64,000 bases of DNA from an uncultured Gammaproteobacteria bacterium (GCA_963705725.1 CAVPKM010000017.1:1-64000), one strand, 5' to 3'. Shown: positions 23,308-33,950, counted from the first letter of the stretch. The notes: generated by a model from the letters alone, not told the origin. Numbers and translations are program-made.

Positions 23308-23332
23308 TTATACTAGTTTTTAACTAGTATAA
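23308..23332. promoter_or_regulatory. Perfect 11-bp inverted repeat, likely TA-operon operator
   Basis: TTATACTAGTT-ttt-AACTAGTATAA immediately upstream of the antitoxin start. Confidence 0.7.
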
Positions 23333-23336
23333 AGAG

Positions 23337-23582
23337 ATGGTTATGTCTACAGTAGGCGCATTTGATGCAAAGACTCATTTTTCAGATCTGCTAAAAGAAG
23401 TTGAAAAAGGCGGGAAAGTGGTGATAACCAAACACGGGCGCCCAGTGGCTAAGCTAGTGCCTGTAAAGAGCATTACCCAAGAGGATGTATGCTCTGCTAT
23501 TGAAAAACTCTTGAATTTTTCCAAGACGCATACGCTAGGGGATCTTGATTGGAAAGAATTGAGAGATGAAGGAAGAAAATAA
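23337..23582 (+). CDS. Phd/YefM-family antitoxin
   Basis: VGAFDAKTHFSDLL...VVITKHGRPVAKLVP. Confidence 0.92.
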   Translation: MVMSTVGAFDAKTHFSDLLKEVEKGGKVVITKHGRPVAKLVPVKSITQEDVCSAIEKLLNFSKTHTLGDLDWKELRDEGRK

Positions 23583-24006
23583 TGATACAAAATACAGGAT
23601 TTGTTCTAGATGCTTCTATTGCATTAGCTTGGTGTTTTGCTGATGAGCAAACAGAACATACCTGCAGATTACTCCAACGCTTAAAAAACGAAAGCGCATT
23701 TGTGCCAGCATTATGGACGCTAAAAGTGGGTAATATTTTAATTTCAGCAGAGAGGGCAAACGCATAACATTTGCCGATATAAATCAATACTTAGCACTAT
23801 TAGGGCAGCTAAATATAAAAGTTGATAATGAAACGGCGAATAAAGGGTTTCATGAAATTCTGGCCTATGCTTATTCAGAAAAACTCACTACTTATGGCGC
23901 GGCCTATTTAGAGCTTGCTATGCGAATGGGATTGCCATTAGCAAGTAAAGATAAACAATTGTGTCAAGTTGCAAGCCGTCTTGGTACAACAATACTGCCT
24001 GCCTAA
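23582..24006 (+). pseudogene. VapC/PIN toxin, frameshifted and active-site degenerate
   Basis: FVLDASIALAW N-terminus; frameshift near 23755; second frame LTTYGAAYLELA...LASKD ends at TAA 24006. Confidence 0.85.
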
Positions 24007-24021
24007 TTTTTTCGGTTGGTA

Positions 24022-24609
24022 TCAGGGTGAAAGTAGTTGCTGGCGCCATTCCTTTTCTTCTAAGAAATAATGGATATTTTCTGAAAAAGCGTGATTAGTC
24101 CCTAAGGTATAAAAATAAAAAGTCTGGGGCACCAAACGAAAGCCGCAATAGTATCTACTCATTGTGATAGGTTGATTATTAAATTTTTCAGCGATTTCTT
24201 TATATTTATCATCTAATTCTTTTGAAGAGTGAATGAGTTGATCGGAGGAGGAAGAGTAAACACTAAAAAGAATTTGCCTCTCACCAGGTAGCGTATTCCA
24301 ATAATTTTCATTAGCGGCTTGAGCCAGTACTTCTATATCTCCATCGATTATCACTTCTCTACCTTGCAAGGGTAGCCATAATGTTGCGGAGGCTCTGGGA
24401 TTTTCTTTTATTTCTTTTGCCTTTCTTTTTTCGCTTTGAGTAAAAAATAAAAGACCTTCAGTAGTGATTTCACGAATTGCTACAATGCGACTATGCGGTA
24501 TTCCATTTTTTGTTGCTGTGGCAAGAACAATACTATCAGGGTTAAGGGAGCCCAGTAATTTTTCTTGCTCTATCCAATTGAGCATTTTTTTAAAAGGAGT
24601 AGTTAACAT
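24022..24609 (-). CDS. Pyridoxamine 5'-phosphate oxidase-family protein (PdxH-like)
   Basis: LATATKNGIPHSRIV, FFT..KRKAKEIKENP, GFRLVP and C-terminal LLSP. Confidence 0.8.
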   Translation of the reverse strand: MLTTPFKKMLNWIEQEKLLGSLNPDSIVLATATKNGIPHSRIVAIREITTEGLLFFTQSEKRKAKEIKENPRASATLWLPLQGREVIIDGDIEVLAQAANENYWNTLPGERQILFSVYSSSSDQLIHSSKELDDKYKEIAEKFNNQPITMSRYYCGFRLVPQTFYFYTLGTNHAFSENIHYFLEEKEWRQQLLSP

Positions 24610-24613
24610 AATT

Positions 24614-25183
24614 TTATCCCTTATGAAGATCCACGCCTGCGGCTTGCATCTTAGCTAACGCTAATTGCCCCGATTCTTCAGTAATAGACTTTGTCCCCTC
24701 TAAAATCAACTTAACCTCATAACCAAACTTTCTTGCGTCCAAAGCAGTTTCAAGCACGCAAAAGTCTTGAGCAAGACCGCAAAGCCAAATCCTTTTAATA
24801 CTATGCTGATTTAAAATAAAATCTAAAGTAACACCCTGCTTGGTTTTAGCTTTAAAGGCCGAATAAGCATCTTTATCGGGTTCTTCTCCTTTATTAACTA
24901 AAATGCTTGCAGCTGGAAAATAAATTTCAGGATGAATTTCAGCGCCCTGGGAATTTTGTACGCAATGACTTGGCCAAGAACCGCCTTGAGCTTGAAAGCT
25001 GCAGTGATTTTTGGGATGCCAATCTCGAGAAAAAATTATCGGTAATTGATTTTTTTCAGCAGTTTTTATCCAATTATTAATAACAGGTACGATCTTGTCT
25101 CCTTCTGGTACCGGTAAGGCGCCCCCTGGAAAAAAATCATTTTGTGCATCTACAATCAGTAATGCATCTCCTGATTTAAACAT
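24614..25183 (-). CDS. pncA: Nicotinamidase
   Basis: VDAQNDFFPGGAL, DWHP, WPSHCV and GLAQDFCV motifs. Confidence 0.92.
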   Translation of the reverse strand: MFKSGDALLIVDAQNDFFPGGALPVPEGDKIVPVINNWIKTAEKNQLPIIFSRDWHPKNHCSFQAQGGSWPSHCVQNSQGAEIHPEIYFPAASILVNKGEEPDKDAYSAFKAKTKQGVTLDFILNQHSIKRIWLCGLAQDFCVLETALDARKFGYEVKLILEGTKSITEESGQLALAKMQAAGVDLHKG

Positions 25184-25230
25184 AAATATTTCCTTGGCGA
25201 ATAAAAATTTTAATAGTTTAGTGTCGGTCG

Positions 25231-25797
25231 TTAATAATAGGCAATAGCAATGCTTACTGGGGTAAGGGTTTTGGTATCAAAATCATAGAATAAAGCTTTC
25301 CAAGTGGATTTGGAACGATCTAATTCTCCAAGAATATGATATCGGTAGCTTCCGCAAGTATAATTAACTCGAAGTCTATTGATCACGGAACTGGCGCCAG
25401 TTAAAAAAGTACAGTGTTGGCCGTTAGCGAGTTCTATGGCCCATGGATGTGAGGCCGTTAATTGATTAGCGGCAGATGCGATTGGTGGTAAAGCAGATCT
25501 AGGTTCTAACAGCGCAATTTTGGATGACCAAGGGGAGGTGCTGCAGGCAAGATTATCGTGATCTTGAAAACAAGGGTCGAGAATCACATTGCTTGCTATG
25601 CATCGCCAAGCATTTTTTCTACCCGGGGAGGCAAGGGAATGGGTTAGGCAAACTCCCGCGTAGCGTTGGGCTACAATCAGATTTTCATTTAATGTATTTT
25701 CTTGCGTGTAGGGGTTGATAATTAAAACACGGGTAGGAGATTCGGCAATCGCGGTAGTTAAATAAAATAAAAGAAAAATGATTACCCAAATAGCCAT
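25231..25797 (-). CDS. Secreted cysteine-containing hypothetical protein
   Basis: Signal peptide from MAIWV; AWRC...DPCF and PWAIELANGQHC motifs; start uncertain. Confidence 0.65.
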   Translation of the reverse strand: MAIWVIIFLLFYLTTAIAESPTRVLIINPYTQENTLNENLIVAQRYAGVCLTHSLASPGRKNAWRCIASNVILDPCFQDHDNLACSTSPWSSKIALLEPRSALPPIASAANQLTASHPWAIELANGQHCTFLTGASSVINRLRVNYTCGSYRYHILGELDRSKSTWKALFYDFDTKTLTPVSIAIAYY

Positions 25798-25901
25798 GAC
25801 CTTCTCGTGGTAGTTAGCTTGCAAAAAGTATAGCATTTTAGCGAGCAATTCTTTTAAATCAGGTAGAAAACATATAAAATCTATGCATTTTTAGTTGAGA
25901 T

Positions 25902-26849
25902 GTGATGCAAACCGTAATTTGTTTAATGGGCCCAACGGCCTCTGGGAAAACGGATTTAGCTTTGTCTTTGGCGAAGGACTTTCCGATTGAAATCGTAAGC
26001 GTCGATTCCGTCATGATTTATCAGTCAATGGATATTGGTACAGCTAAGCCTAGTCAGTCTGAACAACAACAGGTGCCGCATCATTTAATTGATATATTGG
26101 ATCCCAGCCAACCTTATTCCGCAGCTAAGTTCACTCAAGATGCAAAAACAGCTATTAAATCAATACTAGCGAGAGGTCATCTTCCCTTGCTAGTGGGTGG
26201 CACCATGCTTTATTTTAATGCGCTTCAAAAGGGATTGTCGCCACTGCCTCCGGCTGATTCAAGATTGAGAGAATGTCTCTTAAAGCAGGCTGAGCAAGTA
26301 GGTTGGCAGGCTATGCATAATCGTTTGCGGGCAGTAGATCCTCAATCTGCAGATCGTATTAATATTAATGATACGCAAAGAATCCAGCGTGCGCTTGAGG
26401 TTTGGGAACTGACTCATCGGCCTATGTCAGAATGTTGGCAGAACGCTGAAACAGATATTTTACCGCTTAAGTTTATTAATATTGCGTTAATGCCGGAGAA
26501 CCGTTCGTTATTGCATGAAAAAATTGAAGTGCGATTTCACAAAATGTTGCAATTGGGTTTTATAGAAGAAGTGGTTAGGTTATTTAAGAGAAAAGATTTA
26601 CATGTTAATCTTCCTGCTATGCGTGCGGTAGGATATCGACAAATTTGGGAATATTTGTTGAGTGAAGGGAGTTTCGAAGAAGCTGTGCAACGAGGAATTG
26701 CAGCGACTCGTCAATTAGCTAAAAGGCAGATGACATGGTTAAGAAGTTGGCAAGATATCACTTACTTTACTAATGGACAGCAATCTGCACTGGATTATCT
26801 GAAATTTCTTATAGCAAATCTCGCTGAAAATAGTATTACACAGTTGTAA
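25902..26849 (+). CDS. miaA: tRNA dimethylallyltransferase
   Basis: GPTASGKT, SVDSVMIY..MDIGTAKP, VGGTMLY and AKRQMTW motifs. Confidence 0.97.
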   Translation: MMQTVICLMGPTASGKTDLALSLAKDFPIEIVSVDSVMIYQSMDIGTAKPSQSEQQQVPHHLIDILDPSQPYSAAKFTQDAKTAIKSILARGHLPLLVGGTMLYFNALQKGLSPLPPADSRLRECLLKQAEQVGWQAMHNRLRAVDPQSADRININDTQRIQRALEVWELTHRPMSECWQNAETDILPLKFINIALMPENRSLLHEKIEVRFHKMLQLGFIEEVVRLFKRKDLHVNLPAMRAVGYRQIWEYLLSEGSFEEAVQRGIAATRQLAKRQMTWLRSWQDITYFTNGQQSALDYLKFLIANLAENSITQL

Positions 26850-26978
26850 AGATTTAAGGTATATTGCTTCGCTTATCAAACTATTCAGCATCAGTAACTG
26901 AAAATGACTCACGCGCTAAATAGTTGAATTTGTTCAATTATTGAACAAAATAAAACAAGAATAACAAGGAGAGTAATA

Positions 26979-27245
26979 ATGACAACAAAAGGGCAGTCGC
27001 TACAAGAACCGTTCCTAGAGGCACTACGTCGTGAGCAGGTGCCCATTTCGGTTTACCTTGTGAATGGGATAAAGCTACAAGGAAAAATTGAAGCTTATGA
27101 CCAGTTCGTCATCTATCTAAAAAACAGTTTTAGCCAAATTGTTTATAAGCATGCAATTTCAACCATCGTTCCAATGAGAAAAATTGTGCTCGAAGGTTTT
27201 GATACCCTTGAGGTAACGACTTCTGAAGAAACCGATAACAAGTAA
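26979..27245 (+). CDS. hfq: RNA chaperone Hfq
   Basis: [18 protein letters not shown] and [11 protein letters not shown] motifs. Confidence 0.98.
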   Translation: MTTKGQSLQEPFLEALRREQVPISVYLVNGIKLQGKIEAYDQFVIYLKNSFSQIVYKHAISTIVPMRKIVLEGFDTLEVTTSEETDNK

Positions 27246-27249
27246 TCTA

Positions 27250-28506
27250 TTTGAAAGACCTGAAGGCGGAGAACGCGCGGTATTGGTGCATCTTCACCTT
27301 CAACGTGTTCATGAAGAAGATTTAGCCGAATTCCGAGAGCTGGTTATATCAGCTGGTGCAGTGCCTGTAGAAATTGTGACAGGTTCGCGTCAGATCCCAG
27401 AATCTAAATATTTCGTTGGCAGTGGCAAAGCTTTAGAAATTAAGGCGGCGGTTATTGCTCATCAAGCTGAAATTGTACTTTTTAACCACCCTTTAACTCC
27501 TTCTCAAGAAAGAAACCTAGAGGCATTGTTAAAATGCCGAGTGCTTGACCGTACGGGCCTAATTTTAGATATTTTTGCTCAACGCGCACGAACTTTCGAG
27601 GGTAAGCTTCAAGTTGAATTAGCTCAGTTGCAGCACATTTCTACACGTTTGACTAGAGGCTGGACGCATCTGGAAAGACAAAAAGGAGGAATTGGACTAC
27701 GCGGTCCAGGCGAAACACAGCTAGAAACCGATAGACGATTGATTCGTGATCGAATTAAAAATATTACTAAGCGCTTGGAAAAAGTCAGAACTCAGCGCAG
27801 CCAAAGTCGTCTTGCCAGATCGAAGGCTGAAATCTCAACGGTTTCGATTGTCGGATATACCAATGCGGGGAAATCAAGTTTATTTAATACTTTAACCCAG
27901 TCATCAATTTATACAGCAAATCAATTGTTTGCTACGCTTGATCCTCTGCTTCGTCGTATTCAATTACCTGCTATCGGGAGTGTGATTTTCGCTGACACGG
28001 TTGGTTTTATAAAGCATCTGCCCCATGATCTGATTGATGCATTTCGTGCAACACTTGAGGAAACAGAGCAAGCAGATTTATTATTACACGTGGTGGATGC
28101 CAGTCATCCTTATCGCCAAGATCAGATTGATGAAGTAGACAAAGTGTTGGCAGAGATAGGAGCGAAATCTGTACCTTCGCTCTTGGTCATGAATAAAATT
28201 GATTTAGTAGAGGGAGCCGTGCCACGCATTGATGTTGATTCAAGCCGCAGGCCTCGAGTAATTTGGGTTTCAGCGACAACAGGCGCTGGCATCGATAAAC
28301 TTTTAAAAGCAATTGCAGAGCTGTTAGCCGATGAAATTATTATGCCAATCATCCAGCTAAACCAAGCACAGGGAAAGTTACGCTCGAGATTATATTCGGA
28401 ACAAAAAGTGGTTAATGAAAAAGTGATGGCAGAGGGTTGGAAGCTTACCTTACGAATAGCGCGTAGTGATTTTGAACGTTTATTGGCAGAAATATACCCT
28501 TCGTGA
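27250..28506 (+). CDS. hflX: Ribosome-splitting GTPase HflX (start codon unclear)
   Basis: FERPEGGERAVLV begins at 27250; GPGETQLETDRR, GYTNAGKS, DTVGF and NKID motifs. Confidence 0.96.
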   Translation, partial: FERPEGGERAVLVHLHLQRVHEEDLAEFRELVISAGAVPVEIVTGSRQIPESKYFVGSGKALEIKAAVIAHQAEIVLFNHPLTPSQERNLEALLKCRVLDRTGLILDIFAQRARTFEGKLQVELAQLQHISTRLTRGWTHLERQKGGIGLRGPGETQLETDRRLIRDRIKNITKRLEKVRTQRSQSRLARSKAEISTVSIVGYTNAGKSSLFNTLTQSSIYTANQLFATLDPLLRRIQLPAIGSVIFADTVGFIKHLPHDLIDAFRATLEETEQADLLLHVVDASHPYRQDQIDEVDKVLAEIGAKSVPSLLVMNKIDLVEGAVPRIDVDSSRRPRVIWVSATTGAGIDKLLKAIAELLADEIIMPIIQLNQAQGKLRSRLYSEQKVVNEKVMAEGWKLTLRIARSDFERLLAEIYPS

Positions 28507-28567
28507 ATGAATTTTAGGCTAGCGATTCTAAGCTTGCAACAACGCATAAAATTCATTCACGAAGCGG
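28493..28567. repeat. Palindromic TATACCCTTCG-family (ERIC-like end) element
   Basis: CTTCGTGAATGAATTTTA...TAAAATTCATTCACGAAG inverted repeat; contains the hflX stop; homologous to 57671-57707. Confidence 0.8.
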
Positions 28568-28591
28568 CAGTGAATTGATACTAATAGGTGA

Positions 28592-29887
<1,296 letters not shown>

Positions 29888-29913
29888 ATCAAGGATCTGT
29901 GCCATGGGAGGCA

Positions 29914-30780
29914 ATGATGAGGAAATTGATTGTTTTGGGAATGATATGCTTTGCGGTACCTGTATTTTCACAATTCAGTGATGAGAATGCAACACATGAT
30001 GACTTTCAGCAACGCAGTCATTGTAACCGTGAGACAGCGTATTCAACAGGGGTGAGTGATGCCAGAAAGGGTCTGGCGCGCATGGAAAATTATGCCAGAA
30101 TTTGTCAGGATAATCGTGATGGCATTAATGCCTCGTACAATACTGGTTATAATTTTGGGCTAACCAATCAATCAGGTCTGGTAGTAAATGAACCTTCACC
30201 TGGTCATCCCGAAACCTATGAGCAATTACCTTCTTCGTACGTTCAGCCTTATACTCGCCCGCCCTTGGCGGTGACAACAGCACCCTCCGCATCGGGTGCT
30301 GTTTCTGTGGTTTCCCCTTCAGGTGTGGTTGTGACAGAAAGTGTGCCAGGGATTGCTACCAGTCGTGGCAATAGCGTGACTTCTCGTGCTTATTCCTACC
30401 CAAGTGAAGAGGGTGTGGTATCCGGAGAATTTTCAAGACCAGAACCCTTGCATGGATTAAGATCATTTCAAGAGATTTCACCCAGTGCGCATCCTAAATG
30501 TATAGAAACAGTCACCGGCCAGGCTTGTGGCTTCAACTGCGTTAATTCTTTGAACAATGTCAGATGCGCAGCGAGCCCCGATCAACTTTGTCGTAGTAAT
30601 CTCACCGGCGAAATTGCGTGTGGCTATAATTGCATATCAACCGCAAAAACGGTGAGATGCGCCTTGATACCGTCTGATAATTGTGTTTCAGACAATAATG
30701 GAAATGTCTTTTGTGGCGTGAACTGTCGCATCGATCGCAATGCAATTGGCTTTTGTGATCTAGAGAGATATGCTCCTTAA
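29914..30780 (+). CDS. Secreted protein with DUF2799-like N-domain, P/S/T linker and Cys-rich repeats
   Basis: Signal peptide; AYSTGVSDA...C...YNTGY; three CGxNC units. Confidence 0.65.
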   Translation: MMRKLIVLGMICFAVPVFSQFSDENATHDDFQQRSHCNRETAYSTGVSDARKGLARMENYARICQDNRDGINASYNTGYNFGLTNQSGLVVNEPSPGHPETYEQLPSSYVQPYTRPPLAVTTAPSASGAVSVVSPSGVVVTESVPGIATSRGNSVTSRAYSYPSEEGVVSGEFSRPEPLHGLRSFQEISPSAHPKCIETVTGQACGFNCVNSLNNVRCAASPDQLCRSNLTGEIACGYNCISTAKTVRCALIPSDNCVSDNNGNVFCGVNCRIDRNAIGFCDLERYAP

Positions 30781-30805
30781 AAAATACCCTTAGCAGGGTA
30801 GGGTA

Positions 30806-30889
30806 TGCCGAGAAGAGGACTCGAACCTCCACGGAGTTTCCTCCACAAGTACCTGAAACTTGCGTGTCTACCAATTTCACCACCTCGGC
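30806..30889 (-). tRNA. tRNA-Leu(CAG), CCA not encoded
   Basis: GCCGAGGTGGTGAAATTGGTAGACAC...CAAGT-TTCAGGT-ACTTG, long variable arm, GTTCGAGTCC, acceptor end CTCGGCA. Confidence 0.95.
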
Positions 30890-30951
30890 TTAGGGCTGTA
30901 GAATTTTAGACTAAGTTGGGTGTAGAACTGTAATTAGTGTAAAAAAGATTG

Positions 30952-31284
30952 TCAATGGGAATGACAAGACTGTGCACATTTTCCAGGGAGCAGCAGACTG
31001 CCTTGGGAATGAATTGCACAAGGGACACATTCTCCTAGCACTTGATTACATCGAAACTCATTATATTTGCGAAGTAGCAAGGCCAGTCTAGTTGGAGGTG
31101 TCCAAGTTGCAGCCATGTATTGATAAGGATATAAGGTTGGATCATTATTATTAAGAAAAATAAGTTGTCTGCGTATGTCTTGACAAATTTGAATGCGATT
31201 GACAGGTGGAACTTTGCAGGGTTTTGGTGCACATGCCACGAGGAAAGCGGTTAAAATTAGCAAAAAAAAGAAACGAAAATGCAT
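30952..31284 (-). CDS. Small Cys-rich lipoprotein
   Basis: MHFRFFFLLILTAFLVAC lipobox. Confidence 0.65.
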   Translation of the reverse strand: MHFRFFFLLILTAFLVACAPKPCKVPPVNRIQICQDIRRQLIFLNNNDPTLYPYQYMAATWTPPTRLALLLRKYNEFRCNQVLGECVPCAIHSQGSLLLPGKCAQSCHSH

Positions 31285-31350
31285 TTTCAACTTCACTCCA
31301 TTTAAGTCATAATGCATTATAAGTCAAAACAGTACTAAGTAAAGAAAGCG

Positions 31351-33609
31351 GTGGGTAACTATTTGAATTTGACTCAAACGATTGAGGGGAAGGGATTGAT
31401 TAACCGATATAAAAAAACTGATCCATTTATTGAAAGGGAAAGGAATAATTATGCAAAACCTATTCCCAGTCGTGAATTTCTTATCGAATATTTTGATGAG
31501 GCAGGATGCGCTGTTAGTAAGAAACATCTCATACAAGCGATGGGTTTAAAAGACGAAGAGCAAATAGAAGCACTTCGCAGACGACTAAAAGCGATGGAGC
31601 GAGATGGTCAAATCATGAGCAATCGGCGTGGGCAGTATGCGTTGGTTAAAGACTTAGAGTTGGTTCGTGGCAATATCATTGGCAGACCGGAAGGCTATGG
31701 GTTTTTATCACCTGATGATGGCAGTGAGGATTTGTATTTATCCTCATATCAAATGCGTCGAGTTTTTCCTCATGATGTGGTATTAGCGCGTATTTCAAAT
31801 ATTGATTATCGTGGTCGAAAAGAAGGAACAATTGTTGAAATACTCGAAAGAAACACCAAGCATGTCGTTGGCCACTATCGTGAAGAAGGTGGGGTTTGTT
31901 TTGTTGAGCCGGAGAAAAAAGAAATTCAACAAGTTGTGATTATTCCGAGAGAAGCAACGATGAATGCAGAGGAAGGGGAAATTGTTGTTACAGAAATTAT
32001 TGCCCAACCCACATTTAAACGTCAAGCGACAGGTAAAATCATAGAAATTCTAGGCAAACACATGGCCCCAGGCCTTGAGATAGAAGTGGCCATACGCTCT
32101 TATGAACTTCCTTATCTTTGGTCTGAAAATATTTTACAAGAAACAGCGACCATTCCTCAAACCGTCACCCATGAAGAAGCCAGCAAGCGTCGAGATATGC
32201 GGGCCTTATCCTTCGTGACCATTGATGGCGATGATGCTAAGGATTTTGATGATGCTGTTTATTGCGAAAAGCAAGGATCAGGTTGGAAGTTGTATGTGGC
32301 GATTGCTGATGTGAGTCATTACATCAACACTCAAATGCAATTAAATCGAGAAGCATTCAATCGTGGTAATTCAGTTTATTTTCCAGATAGGGTAATTCCT
32401 ATGTTACCAGAGGCGTTATCGAATGGCATTTGTTCCCTTAAGCCCAATGTCGATCGACTCTGCATGATGTGTGAAATGAATGTGAGTTCAGCGGGCTTGT
32501 TGCAAGATTACCAATTTTATGAAGCCACCATTCGATCACAGGCGAGACTCACTTATACGCAAGTGGCTGGTATGATTCTAGAAGAACAATCCATGCATAA
32601 AGCCTTGTTTCCACTGATCAAGAACCTATATCAACTTTATAAAAAACTTGCCAAACAGCGTTTATCACGCGGCGCATTAGAATTTGAAACAATAGAAACG
32701 CAGATCATTTTTGGAAAAAATCGGAAAATTAAAAAGATCATTCCGATCGAACGTAACGAAGCGCATAAGCTAATTGAAGAATGCATGTTGCTTGCAAATG
32801 TGGCCGCTGCCGAGTTTTTAAAAACTCATCAAATTCCTTTGTTATATCGAATACACAAAATTCCTGACGCAGAAAAATTAGATAATTTACGTATTTTTTT
32901 GCATAGCGTGGGCTTGCGTTTAACGGGTAAGGCTTCTCCTAAACCAATTGATTATGCTAAATTAATTAATAAAATTAAAGATCGTCCAGACCGGCAGATT
33001 ATTCAAACTACCTTGTTAAGATCGCTTCGCCAAGCAATTTATTCTCCGCTTAATGAAGGACATTTTGGGCTTGCTTATGACCATTATTGTCACTTTACTT
33101 CTCCCATTAGACGCTTCCCAGATATTTTAGTGCATCGTGGCATTAAGCATATTTTAACGGGTAAGGCACCTGAAGAATTTGGCTATTCTGAAGAAGAGCT
33201 CTTTTTATTTGCCGAGCATTGTTCCATGACAGAGCGAAGAGCCGATGATGCAACGAGAAATGTGATTGATTGGTTAAAATGTGAATACATGCTAGATAAA
33301 GTCGGCGCGATTTATGAGGGGGTGATTTCGGAGGTCACAGGTTTTGGTATTTTTGTTGCACTTAAAGATGTTTATGTAGAAGGGTTGGTGCATGTCACCG
33401 CGCTTAAGAATGATTATTATCATTTTGATCCGATTAGCCGCTCCTTGCTAGGCAAAAAAACACGAACCACATACCATTTAGGAGATGCCGTCGTAATTAA
33501 AGTGGCTCGCGTTGATTTAGATCAAAAACAAATGGATTTTGATTTGGTTGAAACCAATGCACCGCATAAAAAAAAGAAAGCTAAGAGTTATCATAAGAAA
33601 AAATCCTAA
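31351..33609 (+). CDS. rnr: Ribonuclease R
   Basis: PIPSREF, FVTIDGDDAKDFDDAV, HFTSPIRR, S1 domain and basic tail; start may be slightly downstream. Confidence 0.97.
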   Translation: MGNYLNLTQTIEGKGLINRYKKTDPFIERERNNYAKPIPSREFLIEYFDEAGCAVSKKHLIQAMGLKDEEQIEALRRRLKAMERDGQIMSNRRGQYALVKDLELVRGNIIGRPEGYGFLSPDDGSEDLYLSSYQMRRVFPHDVVLARISNIDYRGRKEGTIVEILERNTKHVVGHYREEGGVCFVEPEKKEIQQVVIIPREATMNAEEGEIVVTEIIAQPTFKRQATGKIIEILGKHMAPGLEIEVAIRSYELPYLWSENILQETATIPQTVTHEEASKRRDMRALSFVTIDGDDAKDFDDAVYCEKQGSGWKLYVAIADVSHYINTQMQLNREAFNRGNSVYFPDRVIPMLPEALSNGICSLKPNVDRLCMMCEMNVSSAGLLQDYQFYEATIRSQARLTYTQVAGMILEEQSMHKALFPLIKNLYQLYKKLAKQRLSRGALEFETIETQIIFGKNRKIKKIIPIERNEAHKLIEECMLLANVAAAEFLKTHQIPLLYRIHKIPDAEKLDNLRIFLHSVGLRLTGKASPKPIDYAKLINKIKDRPDRQIIQTTLLRSLRQAIYSPLNEGHFGLAYDHYCHFTSPIRRFPDILVHRGIKHILTGKAPEEFGYSEEELFLFAEHCSMTERRADDATRNVIDWLKCEYMLDKVGAIYEGVISEVTGFGIFVALKDVYVEGLVHVTALKNDYYHFDPISRSLLGKKTRTTYHLGDAVVIKVARVDLDQKQMDFDLVETNAPHKKKKAKSYHKKKS

Positions 33610-33631
33610 AGAGCTAGAAGATTAATTAATA

Positions 33632-33844
33632 ATGGAAGGTTTTATGCTGAATTGCTTCAATGAGGAAGATTTCCATCTCTCATCTGCATGCACCCATTGT
33701 TCGCATTGTGTTGCTGTTGCATGTAAAAACGATATCATTGCAATTAGGAATACGAAAGATGCCACTAAACAAACATTATTGTTCACAAAAGATGAGTGGC
33801 AGGCCTTTGTTGTCGGAGTAAAAAAAGGCGAATTTGATTATTAA
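33632..33844 (+). CDS. DUF397 (BldB-like) small protein
   Basis: F.LSS.C...CVAVA.....IRNTKD....LLFTKDEWQAFVVGVKKGEF matches the DUF397 pattern. Confidence 0.8.
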   Translation: MEGFMLNCFNEEDFHLSSACTHCSHCVAVACKNDIIAIRNTKDATKQTLLFTKDEWQAFVVGVKKGEFDY

Positions 33845-33847
33845 TTG

Positions 33848-33873
33848 GTACTACAGCACAGGATTGAAGTGAC
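33848..33873 (+). repeat. Degenerate GTAAC-family MITE remnant
   Basis: GTACTACAGCACAGGATTGAA resembles the MITE left end GTAACTATTCAGCACAGGGTTGAA. Confidence 0.45.
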
Positions 33874-33950
33874 TAATTATTAATGCTGCATTGCAATTTA
33901 ATTTCTACCCTGAAGTCAATATTTTCTAAAATAATCCTTGGTATAAGTAA

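Noticed and set aside
33913-33946. PmrA box upstream of the TPR-repeat gene
   Set aside because: The second half-site is poor and the implied -10 lies only a few bases from the ATG.
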